From contig NC_058368.1 in the NCBI RefSeq assembly GCF_018350175.1, positions 89,406,001 to 89,470,000 of the forward strand: a stretch of DNA of 64,000 bases, in the 5' to 3' direction. The translations under genes and the position numbers were made by a program. Shown here piece after piece: positions 26,501-38,700 of this stretch (its first letter is position 1; each line of letters begins with the position of its first letter). The DNA comes from Felis catus. Its lineage: Eukaryota. The notes under the pieces are model-generated. The model was not told the origin of the DNA, made no database searches, and saw only the letters and a program-made list of their open reading frames with translations.

Positions 26501-28766
26501 TATCAAAGAAGCCACACAAACTGCTGGTCTAAGGCCTATGCTTTACTAGGCAGGACCAATGCTGGAGGATGGGGTGGGTAAAGTTAGCTGTGGGTGAAGG
26601 AGCCTGATGTCTTTGGGGGTAGGGGGACAGAAATGTGACATAGCTATACTAATTCAAAGTGAGACTGACTGACCAGAGCCTCCTCCCATCTGCTTCTCCA
26701 CAAATACACTGGGCCCTCATGCTCCTCAGGGATGGAGTTTTGACCTTTGCTCTGGAGATCCTAAGCACATCTTCAAAGGACAGCACAGGCACTTGTGCCT
26801 TCCATTGGTGTGGGCCAGACCCACCTTGTGCCTCAACATTTTCACTGTACAGACAAGTGTAAAAATAAAATATTTATTATCACAAAATCTTATTAATACA
26901 GGTCCACAGCCCTTACCTGAAACCCTGGGGGCCAGATGTATTTAAGAATTTAGAATTCTTTGGGCTTTAGAAAATGCCAAAGTACAGATGCTGAATGTTA
27001 CATAACATCTCCAGAGTTTGTCTGGGGCACCACTCCATAATCAAATATATCAATATATCTGTGGAAAATTGTGAAAAGGCACACTGGCCTACAAATAGCC
27101 TCACTTCACTTCAGGTTGGGTTTTGATGCCAAAATAAGGAAGGAACTTCTGGTTTTGGGTTAGGGTTTTCACAACTGCAGATAAGGGATTGCAGATTTGT
27201 GCTTACGTACCCATTTACAGAATGGCACAGATGTCATTGAGGTTTTTGGTGCAGTAGTGAAGTGCCCAGACTGCAGCCACAGACTTCCTGGTTTCATGTC
27301 CTGGCTCTGGCACAAACCAGCCATACGACCTTGGGCTTCAATGTCTTCACCTGTAGCACAGGATTATTAATTCTCCCACACAGGCGTGTTATGAGGATCA
27401 CACAGTTTAGTACATGTAAAAGTGCTCAGAACCAGCACAGCATGGATCCTGATGGCAGCACTAAGACAGGCAGACAGACATTAGAGACACATTTTCAGTG
27501 CAATCACATAGTTGCAAGCTCACTGCCGAGGTTCTTCAGGCCACCAGGGCAGGCTGAATCTGTCTAGTATCACAAATCTTTCACATCCTTCAGCTTGGGG
27601 CCTCCCAGGGCTGCAGACATGAAGGTTTCAGAAATCCCCACAAGAGGCTTAGTCATGCCTTGGGGCTCTACAGAGAGGCAGAGGGTGCCCTGTGAAGGGC
27701 ACAACCTTGTGTCCTTTATGCCAGTGGAGTGGTCCCTCTGCTGTGGCTCTGGAGTCCTCTCCCTTTGCACATCTGCTGGCTGGCCATGAGACTTGAACTG
27801 CTCTCTCAATAAACAAAAATGTGTGCTCCCCAGGAGATTCTTATTTACAAAGGAGACGTAGGGTTTCTGCTATACTGAAATTCAGAGAAGGAGAGGCTGG
27901 ACCTTCCCAGACACATCCTTAACAAGAATTCTTAACAAGCATTTCCACAGGACATAGTGAAACTTCTCTTCCCCTTATTGTAAAAGTAACATGTACTTAT
28001 TGTAAAAATTCAAACCATTCAAGAGGACAGGATGGAAAATACTGACTGTATTGTTTTCCATCCTTCAGCTGCCCTGGGCTAACAGGTCCCTGAGCACCTG
28101 TCCCTTGAACTTCTCATACACACAAAGTCACCCCCTGCTACACACCCCCCCCATACACCGTCACTCCCTACACACCCTCACACACATCATGGACCCCCTT
28201 GTCCTCACACACCCACCCTCACCCTGCAGGAACCACATATCCTCACACCCCCCAACACTCCAATCTTTATAAAAGAAAATATACATACACACAAGAACAC
28301 ATTTATAAAAGGAGGTAGGCATTTGGCCATGCTGCCCCCATAACTCCTTGACTGTTCTGGTTCTTCCTTAACTTCCCATAGCTGTGGTTTCCATGTTGGG
28401 GAAGTGGAGGTGAGAATACCATCACCGAACTCACAGAGTACCTGAGAGGCTCAGGTGGGATTTACACTTTACATGAAATTATCGTGCAAATTGTCAAGTG
28501 TGAACCGATCTGAGGAATTATTACTGCCCTCCTTCCCACGCCCCCAAACTGGAGACAATTAGACTTTTAAAAGGACTTCAGGAAGATGGCAAATCTATCT
28601 TAGTGGCCCAGACTGCTTGTGATGAGGCTGACGGAGCTGAGGAGGGCTCAGTTTTGAGGTGGGGTGGGCCCTTCACAGTTGGATCACCACTGCCAGCCAG
28701 CTAGCACACTGGATGCCCCCAAACCCTCTATAAAACACCTCCTTGATCTGTGACAGTGAACTTGTG

Positions 28767-28831
28767 TCAGCAGAGCAGCTGAGCAGCCTCCACGCTCATT
28801 GGGTTTTGGGAATTATGAGGCTCCTCTCCAC
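28767..28831 (-). CDS. MHC-I-like terminal coding exon (GGEEPHNSQNPMSVEAAQLLC*)
   Basis: Acceptor CTTTCTCCCTGCAG; in-frame TGA at 28769-28767. Confidence 0.68.
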
Positions 28832-31800
28832 CTGCAGGGAGAAAGTAGGGAGGTGATCCAGACTGCTCCCCAGCCCTCTCCCAAACTCAGCAGTGGCTCA
28901 ATGGAGTGCTCCCTGCCCCCTCCACCTGGCTCCCAGATGGTGGGAGGGAGCAGAGGGTGAGGGATGAGGCCATGCTGGAGACTGAAAGCTTCCACCCACC
29001 ACCCTGCCTCCATTTTTGGTTTTCAGGCATCTTAGCCATGCTTGGGAGCACCTGGGGCTTCCTCTCCCCAACCCACCCATCCCACAATCACCTGGGGCTT
29101 GTTTGCAAGATTCCTTATTCCTGGCTATGGGAAAAAGAACACAAAAGGAGAGACTAGGTGGGTGGTAGGCAGAGGTGGGGGTCCCAGGTACCCACCTTCC
29201 ACTCCCTCTCCCCCTCTCGGGTCTTTTGAAGGTCAATCCTAGTGGTCTTCCCTGGCTGTGTGATCCACAGTGTCTTTAGGGCAATGTATGGCTATTGGGT
29301 GTGGGTACTTGGGCTTTTCCACAGATGGGGACAGGTGTTCAATAGTAGTTGCTTCTTCCCAAGAGAGAACAGTTCTGGTGGAAGGGATGGGAGCAGAGCA
29401 TTCCTCCCTATAGGGTTGAGCTGGCTGTGAGGACCCTCCACCACTTTTTTTTTTCTTCCCTACCTACCTTGAGAGTACTGCTTGATGAAAGTCAAAACTC
29501 CAGCCACCAGCAAGAAAGTGATGGTGAAGATGATGGAGATAACCTTGGCACTGGTTATCCACTGATGAGAGGGTGCTTCTAAGGACGGCAGAGAAAAGGG
29601 GGCACCAGCCCCATGCCATGGGACTGTCTCTGGGTTCCCTGGGACCCTCCCCTGCTCCTCCCCATCCCCTCTACCAAGCCCATCTCCTCACCCCAGGCCA
29701 CAGTGAGTGTATGGTTCAAGCTGGAGTGCTGCACATGGCAAATGTACCCATTCTCCATCCTGGCTGGCACCCGCACGGCCGCCCATGTCTGGTAGGTACC
29801 GTCTCCACCGGGGCGTGTCTCCACATACTCGGTCTCTTGAACCAGTTCCTCCTCCCCCAGCCACCAGCTCAATGAGATGTCCCGTGGGTAGAAGCCCCGG
29901 GCCCAGCATCTCAGTGTGATGCTCCCATCCTCAGCTGTGTGTCTTGTCACTTGCACTTTGGGCGGCTCTGCAGAGAGAGGTTGAGGGAGGAAGGCTGGTG
30001 AGAAGCTGCTCTCTGCTCATTCCTCATGCCTGATCCTGGGCTGCTCTAGCATTTTCCAGGGTGGAGGACACCCCTTCTACCCACAGAAACCCTGTGGCTT
30101 TCTCAGAGACTTTACATACTTCCTCCATGACTTCTTGCACATGATAGGTGTCTAACAAGAAGTGAAAGCAAGAATGATGGTCCTTCCCTCACTTTGGAAG
30201 GAGGTGGTCATGTGTGTAGCTCTGGAGCCAGACAGCCTGGAATTGAAGCCCAGCCTGACTCCTGTCCACAATCCTCCAGTCTCTCAGGGCCGGATAGGGA
30301 TTCTTTGTTTTTTCCTCTCAGGATTGTTCCAAATGACATAATCCGTGAGTGATGGTTCATTTTATGTGTCAACTTTACTGGACCACACTGTGCCTAGGCA
30401 TTTGCTCAAGCATTACTCTGGGTGAGATTCACATCTGCATCAGTAGACTCAGTAAAGCAGATTGCTGTCCCCAATGTGAGTGGACTCCATCCAATCACTT
30501 GAAGATCTGAACAGGGCAAAAAGTCTGAGTAAGAAGAAATACCTTCAGCTGGGGCATCAGTCTTTTCCTGACTATAGTTTCAAACTGAAACATTGGCTCC
30601 CTTAGGTCTCCAGGTTTGCCAACTGCAGATCTTGGAACTCCCGAGCTTCCACAATCACATGGGCGGATTCCTTAAATATGTCCCTTTCTCTTTCTCTCTC
30701 TCTAAACACATCCTGTTGGTTCTGTTTCTGTGGAGATTCCTGATGAATTCATCAGGTGATATGTGTGTAGAACATCCCCCTGCTGCTGGATGAGAGCTCA
30801 ACACTCATTTAAAACACCAATATGGTGCTTCTTGGAGGCAGGGGCTATTGTTACCATCCCTGTAATACTAATGAGGAAACTCAGGCACAGAAAGGGCAAG
30901 TAACTTGCCCAAGGTCACACAGCTAGCCAGTCCTGGAGCCAGGACGTGGATCTGCAGGCTAGGCTCCAGTACCTGAGCCCTGACCACCGCCCCACCCACA
31001 CACACTCTACTCTCATAATCACATCTTCTCTTGATGTTATTTTCCCTGCCTTACCTTCAAGGAATGTCCTCCCCATTGCCTCAGCTGATTCACATCCCAC
31101 CAGTCCATCACCGAACATCCATGTTGTGTTGAGTGTTCTGACCAGCCCTACCCACTAGTAGCCAGTGAGGCCTCTGCCTCAGCACCCCCATGCACCCACC
31201 TTCCCTAGGGTCCATCCTAGTCCTTGTATCTCCAGCCCTGCTGGCTGGAGTCAAGAATTTAGGATGCACCTGGAGTCTGAGGAGCATGTTTAGCATGAGG
31301 GGTGTGGGGACAAAGAGCCTCAGCTTCCCTGGCAGTCCCCAGTAGTCCAGGGACTGGCCTAGTGATGGATGCTATCCCCTGGGGCCTGAGGTCCATTTCC
31401 CAAAGAGAACCACAGGATGTTAAACGCGCAAAGGACTTTATGAGCCAACTAGTTTAACCTACTTATTCTATAGATGAATAAAATGAGGCCCAGAGTCAGA
31501 GCCTCATTCACCAAGACCATATCATGGGGCATGAACTCCCCATTCTACCTCACCTGGAATGAGGGCCCAAGGTCCAAGCTTCTGTGCTGCCCTACTTGAG
31601 GAAGCTGTTGGCTAGTCAGCCTTCTTTCTGGGGCCAATTGGGCTTGTCTGAGCCAGGGAAACACAGCCTATCTCCTCACCCCGCCAAGATCCTCGAGAAC
31701 GGGAGTGTGGGCCCCTCTGTGTTGCCACAGGCTGCACCTTACCTTTCCGGGTGAGGCTCTGGCTGCCCAGCTCCAGGTACCTGTGCAGGGAAGTGAGGCA

Positions 31801-34800
31801 GAGGCCCTCCAGGTAGGCCTTGTCGTATTCGGCATAGCAGCGCTCTGTTTCCCACCAACGCTTGGTCTGCACAGCCACAGGCTTGGCTGACACCCAGCTC
31901 AGAGTCTCCAGGTCCAGTGACAGGTGGTCCTGGCCATCAAAGCCAAACTGCCAGAAGCTGCTGGTACAGCCGTCTTCCCGGATCTCACAGCCGAACGTTC
32001 GCTGAGTGCTGTGTGTGCCTGTGCATGTGGGCAAGCAGGCTGCGGTTTGCCTGGGCTATAGGTCGTATCCCTGAGGCTGGGGAGAAGCCCACCACCCATG
32101 GGTGCCTCTGAAGGATGGGAGGGGGTCAGAGTGGTGCCATTTACAAAAAATGCTCCCTGGTTAATTTTCATGAGCAGGCCAGGGCTGAGAAACCCGTTGG
32201 GCTTCTCACGTGAGAACACTTGCATACATAACTACAGGCATTGTTATTAGGAGGAAAACTCTGCTACTTATGGAAGTAAGATGTCCTTAAAATACACTCG
32301 TGGTAAGATGAAATCACACCCCAATTTCAGAGATGTGAAAGAGATGTTAAAATGTGAACCTGGCTGCTGCCACAGCACCTGGGGGCTGGTCATGCTTATT
32401 ATTCTGGGGCCCCTGGGCTAATGTATAGCTTGTCCCAGCCTTGGGCTTTTAAATCTACTCCCTCTGAGGCATCTGGGACCTGAGGCTTCAGTTTGGGTTT
32501 CCAGGGACAGGATGGGAAAGGGCTGAGAACAAGTGCCCCACAAGCACACATGCAGCATTAGCAGCAGCCATCAGTAGGCATGAGCTAGCCTTTGCTGAGA
32601 TAAGGAAGCAGAAGCCTGAGAGAATGCTATACCTAACACTGGGTAGAGCAGGGGTTTTTAACTAGGTTCTCTTTCCCACCCTGAGCTGTCTGCCTAGTTC
32701 AAGTTCATTTGGCTTCCCTCCCTGCATGGCAGAGTTGGTGTCTGAGAGCCTGGTGGGTGGGTGTGATTTAAGTGTTTGGTGAGGATGAGGGATGAGGTAG
32801 GGAAAAGCCTCTGCCTCTGCCAGTCTGCTGAGGTCTGGAACCATGGGTAGCTGAAGGGGAGGTGTTGTGAGTCCCTAACTTCTGTGGATGCTTGCTGTGC
32901 TAGCCCAATGGGCTGGCCACTGGAGCCACAACTTATTCTGAAGGCCCCTATGGCCCCTGCTTGGTCCTTGTGGTGGGAAAGCTATGCATCAGGAGCATGC
33001 CTTGTACCCTCTTATGGGCTCAGTGGAGTGACCTCTGTTCCCAACTGGAAGGGCATGGCTGCCCAGAGGGTCAGCATGCAAAGTATGAAGGAAGGAGGAT
33101 GTGGGGTGGCAGGAGCCTCTGACGCACCACTGCTCTGGTTGTGGTAGCCCATCACAGTCCATGTCTCCACCTGCTGCACCTTTGCCCAGGCTCTCTGCTT
33201 CTGGGTCTCTGTTTCCCAGTACTGGGTGTCCACAGCTGCCATCCACGGGGCCTGGGGCTTGGCTCTGTCCACACGACTGTCATAATGGATGAAAGGCTGG
33301 TCGTCCACGTAGCCTACAGCCAGAAACTGAGGAAGGTCCGGGCCTGGCTCTGATAGGGCCAGGTAGTGGTAGTGGAGAGAGTGTGTCCCTGTGAAGATAT
33401 GAAACAATAAGGCTCCTATGCACTGCCAGGATCTGCACCACAGGTTGGGTGACTGATGGGATTGGCGGTGGAAACCTATCCAGAGTATTTGCTTATCAGT
33501 AAGAGCAAGAACTGAGAATTTCAGTTAAGAAAATAAGTGTATCCAAATAGTTCAAATAAAGAATCAATCAATCAGGCAAGCAAGCAAGCACTGAGGCCAA
33601 AGTTTATTTGCTCAGGCTTGTGGACTTTATTTTTAGGAAGTTTCTCAGCTCCTGACTCAGGCTTACTTGCTCATGCTTTACACTCATCTCTGTAAGTATG
33701 ATTACTGTTTTTCCGTCTCACAATAAAAAAGGTATCATTAAAAAAAATTGATTGTTTTTAAGCTTAATTTACGTGAAGTTATTCATTCCCCAGAGATGCC
33801 TGATGAAGCTGAGCCATCACTCCTGGTTTGAACCATTGCTGCCAAGTTGGTGGCATCTTGACTGCACTCTCCACTTACTCCTGTTCCCGTAGCAGACAGT
33901 GCTAGTCATCTCTTCTCTTTATGTCCAAATGCTGCCCTAATATTTGTTCTCCACTATCTCCAGAAGCACCAACTCATCCATTCAACTTGATGCTGGAGAT
34001 GAAATCTATTTAGCAGCCAGGCCTGACTCAAGCTACGAAAACAAATGCTGTATCTTTAAAAAAAAAAACCTCAGTCCACCTTTCTCAGAGATTCACCCAG
34101 GGCTTACTCCCTTAATTTTTTAAAAGGTCTTGCTCAGGAGGCGCCTAGGTGGCTCAGTCGTTTAAGCATCCGACATCAGCTCAGGTCATGATCTCATGGT
34201 CCGTGAATTCGAGCTCCGTGTCAGGCTCTGTGCTGACAGCTCAGAGCCTGGAGCCTGCTTCAGATTCTGTGTCTCCCTCTCTCTCTCTGCCCCTCCCCCA
34301 TTTGTGCTCTGTCTCTCTGTCTCAAAAATAAATAAACATTAAAAAAAAAAAACAACAGGTTTTGTTCAAATGCTGCTTTCCCAGTAAAGCCTTCCTTGCC
34401 CACTCTGTTAAATACTTACAACCCCAGCACTCCCAACAGTGTTTTTCTCTAGGGCATTATTACCACCTCCTAGAGAACATGCACTTTTTCTGTTTATCTT
34501 GTTCATAGTCTGTCTCTCCCCTGTAACATCCATTCCCCAAGGCCAGAGATTACTGTAAGGATCATTCTCCTGGGGCACCTGGGCTGCTCAGTCGGTTAAG
34601 CATCCTACTCCTGATTTTGGCTCAGGTCATGATCTCATGGGTTCATGGGATTGAGCCCTGTGTTGGGCTCTGCACTGACAGCATGGAGTCCACTTAGGAT
34701 TCTCTCTCCCTCTCTCTCTGCCTCTCGCTTGTGCTCTCTCTTTCAAAATAAAAAAAAAGGGGGCGCCTGGGTGGCGCAGTCGGTTAAGCATCCAACTTCA

Positions 34801-35708
34801 GCCAGGTCACGATCTCGCGGTCCGTGAGTTCGAGCCCCGCGTCAGGCTCTGGGCTGATGGCTCAGAGCCTGGAGCCTGTTTCCGATGCTGTGTCTCCCTC
34901 TCTCTCTGCCCCTCCCCCGTTCATGCTCTGTTTCTCTCTGTCCCAAAAATAAATAAAAAACGTTGAAAAAAAAAATTAAAAAAAAAATAATAATTAAAAA
35001 AAAAAAAAAAGGATCATCCTTCTTTCCCAGCCTGCAACAGCTGCTGGCACACAACAGGTGGTTAACATTTGAATATTCAGATATGAAGGGATGAGTCAAA
35101 TGCATCCCCATCCTCACAACTCCTTCTGCTATTTTATAACCACATCAAACTCTGCCCAGGCGCTTTGTACCTGCAGTTCCTGCTGCTCCCTCTCTTCTCT
35201 CGGCCAATGTCTCCTCAGCCCTCAGGTTTGAAGGTCAGCATCCCTTCCTCCAGGAACCCCTTCTGATTCCACCCAGACATCCCTCAGGGGTCTCTGGGCT
35301 CCCTATGAAACTGTGGGCTTCATGAAGGCGGGCAATACATCTGACTGTGCCACTAGTGTTTCCACGGGTCTTGGAAGAACACCATGCTTGGCATACAGTG
35401 GACACTTCCAGCGTTTACTGAGTTGGACAAAAAACAAGAACATGAAGGGCAATGATGATGATCAGAGCTGTCAGTTTTGGACAGTGACCACTGTGTGCCC
35501 TACACCAGTCTAACTGCTTTTCATTCACCATCTCAGCTGATCCTTAGGATAAACCCGAGAAGTTGATGTGATTGGCCCTGTTTCTCAGATGAGGGAACTG
35601 AAGCCCAGGGGAGAGCAAGTACAGCACCCAAAGTCGTAACTAGAAAGGGAAGAGCCCAGATTCTCTCCCCAGAGCCTGCTTTTTCTTTCTTTCTTTTAAA
35701 TGTTTATT

Positions 35709-35749
<41 letters not shown>

Positions 35750-38700
35750 GAGCAGGGAGGGGCAGAGAAAGATGGAGACACAAGCCGAAGCAGGCTCCAA
35801 GCTCTGAATTGTCAGCACAGAGCCTGATGTAGGGCTCGAACTCATGAACTGTGACATCATGACATAAGCCGAAGTTGGATGCTTAACCGAATGAGCCACC
35901 CAGGTGCCCCAAGCCTGCTTTTTCTAAGCTTAGGAAGAATACAGAGGAGCCCTCTTCTCACACTGATGAAACCTCCTTATGGGAGGTGAGAGGGATCAAC
36001 GTTGAAAGTGTTTGAGTGAAGAACTGATACCAGGTCTGGACTGGTGTGGGCCTCCTGGGAAATGACTGAGTCTCAGGGTGTTGTTTCCTTGCAAACCACT
36101 GAGTTAAGATTAGTGGGATGCTCCTGGGCTGGGAGCTGTAAACAGGCATGCAGGCCTTGAAAGGAAGAGAGGTTGTGGCTTCTCTATGTTAAGGTGACCC
36201 ACCTTCTCCTTGGCTGTGATCTGCAGAAGCTCTGCTTGTTTGTGGGGTGACGGAGGGCAAAGAGCCTGTGCCCTTGGGTAGCTGCTGGGCCTCCTGAGTG
36301 GTGGGGAAGCCATGCATGTTGTAGTTTCTGTCCTGCCTCCTCCACAACTAAGGGAACACAGTATGGTAGCTGAATCATGCCCCCCACTCCCACAAGATAT
36401 CCCTAGAACCTATGAATGTTACCTTATATAGTAACAGGGATTTTGTAGGTGTGATTAAATTAAGGATCTTGAGCTTAATGATGATTGTAAAAAAAGATAA
36501 TAAAAAAGGTTAAAAAATAAAATAAATAAAAAATAAAAAGAAATAAAAAATTAAGGATCTTGAGATGGGGAGATTATCCAGGATTATCTAGGCAGGCCAT
36601 AAATGTGTTGTTATGAAACGGAGACAGAGGAAGATTCCATGACTATCAGAGAAGATAATGTGAAGATGGAACAGAGAAAGAGGCAGGAAGGTGCCATGAG
36701 CCAAGGAATGCAGCTCTAGAAGCTGGAAAAAGCAAAGAAATGGATTCTTCCTGAGAGCCTTTGTAGGGAGCTTTCCTGTGGTACCTTAGTTTTAGCCCAG
36801 TGAAGCTCATTTTGGACTTCTGACCTTCAGAAATCTAAGAAAATAAATGTATGTTGTCTTAAGCTACCAAGTTGTGGTCCCCCCCCTTTTATTTTAAATT
36901 TTGTTTTAATGTTTATTTATTATTTTTGTGAGAGAGACAGAGTGCGAGTGGGGGATGGGCAGAGAGAGAGGGAGACACAGAATCTGAAGCAGGCTCCAGG
37001 CTCTGAGCTGTCAGCACAGAGCCGGACGCAGGGCTCGAACCCATGAACAGTGAGATCATGACCTGAGCCCAAGTCAGACGCTTAACCAACTGAGTCATCC
37101 AGGCACCCCGTGGTCCCCTTGTTATAGCAGCTATAGAAAACAAATACATATAACATGAGACTAAAGTCTGTTGTGTCTTGTGAGTTTGGTGAGCAGTTCA
37201 AACCCATGAGCTCTGGAGGTTCTGCTGCCCTGAAAAGGAGAGAAAGATGCACAGTCTGGGAAGAGAGATGTCCTCTGAAAGCTGTGCCAGTCTTTAAGCT
37301 GCCACTAAGACTGAGGCCTGGGGAACGCAGAGTGAGGGTGCAGGGACCCTGGTATTCCCACCACTGAAGGAAAGAGGCCGCACAGGTGCTGACATGCTCT
37401 TTCCTAGGTGTGGGAAGGTGGGAAAGAACAAGAGATCCAAGTTCAGGCCTGCAGGAAAGACACCAACACACATCTGGTTGTTTCGTTGGGGCAAGTGCAC
37501 AATTTGCTTCCTAGGTAACATTTCTATTTATTAATATTAGCTGCTCAGTAGCCAGTTACTTTAGTTTAAAAAATGAGGGGAAGTCTATCAATGTATTATT
37601 TTTTAAAATCACAAAATAGTTATAAAGCACTTAGGTGCTGGGCCCTGTCCCGAGCACTTTACAAAATTTTGGCTCCATTAACCCTCATGACAATTTTATC
37701 GGGCAGGTATTGTGCCACTACTGTTCCTGTCTATGGGGAAACTGAGCCCCAAAGAGGCAAAGTCAACTGCCAAGCTCACACCAGTAGCAAAAAGCAGGGC
37801 CAGACTGCATTATTCAGATTCTCAAGGTGTCCCCTGGCCTGCACCTGCCCTTTAGTGAACACATTATAAAGACTAACAGTGTGTGGCTGGCTGGGGGCAC
37901 AAAAGTGGCCACATGCCCACTGCTACCTCAGGCTCTGTGTCATCATCCACCCCTTCCCTCACTGCTGATTCCTGGTTACTGGGCCACATTACCCACCCCT
38001 CCCACCCCCCACACACAAAAGGGGCAGTCCTGCCCTCTTATGCACAGCCTCCCTTTTTCTCTGACTATGGTGGGGAATGAGGTACCCTACCCCTTTCCTG
38101 CCCCAATCTCTGTAGACGTTTTTGTATCTGCCCCACCTCCCTACAATCCATGTGGATTACAACTCTCTAGCTGTGTGACCTTATTTCACAGCTTCCGGCT
38201 TTGGTTTCTTCCTCTGTGACCTGCTCCACTGGAGCATTTGGTGAGGTAAATAAACACAAAGAAGTATAGGCATGGAGGAAGGGTTCTGTGGACATCATTT
38301 TCTTCGCCTTAGTTCTTTCCTATCTGGTAGGGAGAGGTGGGCATGGGAAAAAGAGAGCTGGAGTACGGGGGGGATGAGGGTGGGGAAAGATACCTAAGCG
38401 AAGCCCCCCTGGGGTACCTTCCAGACGGTATGGCCTCTGTGTCCCCTACCTAAGCAAAGACAGTCTACCAGGGTCCCAGACTGTACATGCCCTTCTGTAA
38501 GCTTGGGGGGTGTGGGGGGGGAGCTCCTGGTCTCTGCCATCTTGCCTTCTTTTTCATCATTTGGGCAGAGCCTTACCTCCAGGCCATGGCTTGTTTTCTA
38601 ACTTCAGGTCAGCCAGTTCTGCCATCACCACCTTTGCTAAGGAAGCTGGGCCATCAGCTACCACAGGCAGCCCCCAGGGACTCTCTGCATGGGGGAGAAG

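Noticed and set aside
28767..33388. Naming the MHC-like gene MR1, HFE, AZGP1 or a classical FLA gene
   Set aside because: Neighbouring genes do not fit those loci, AZGP1 lacks a TM segment, and the exon spacing and sequence are unlike classical class I; symbol left blank
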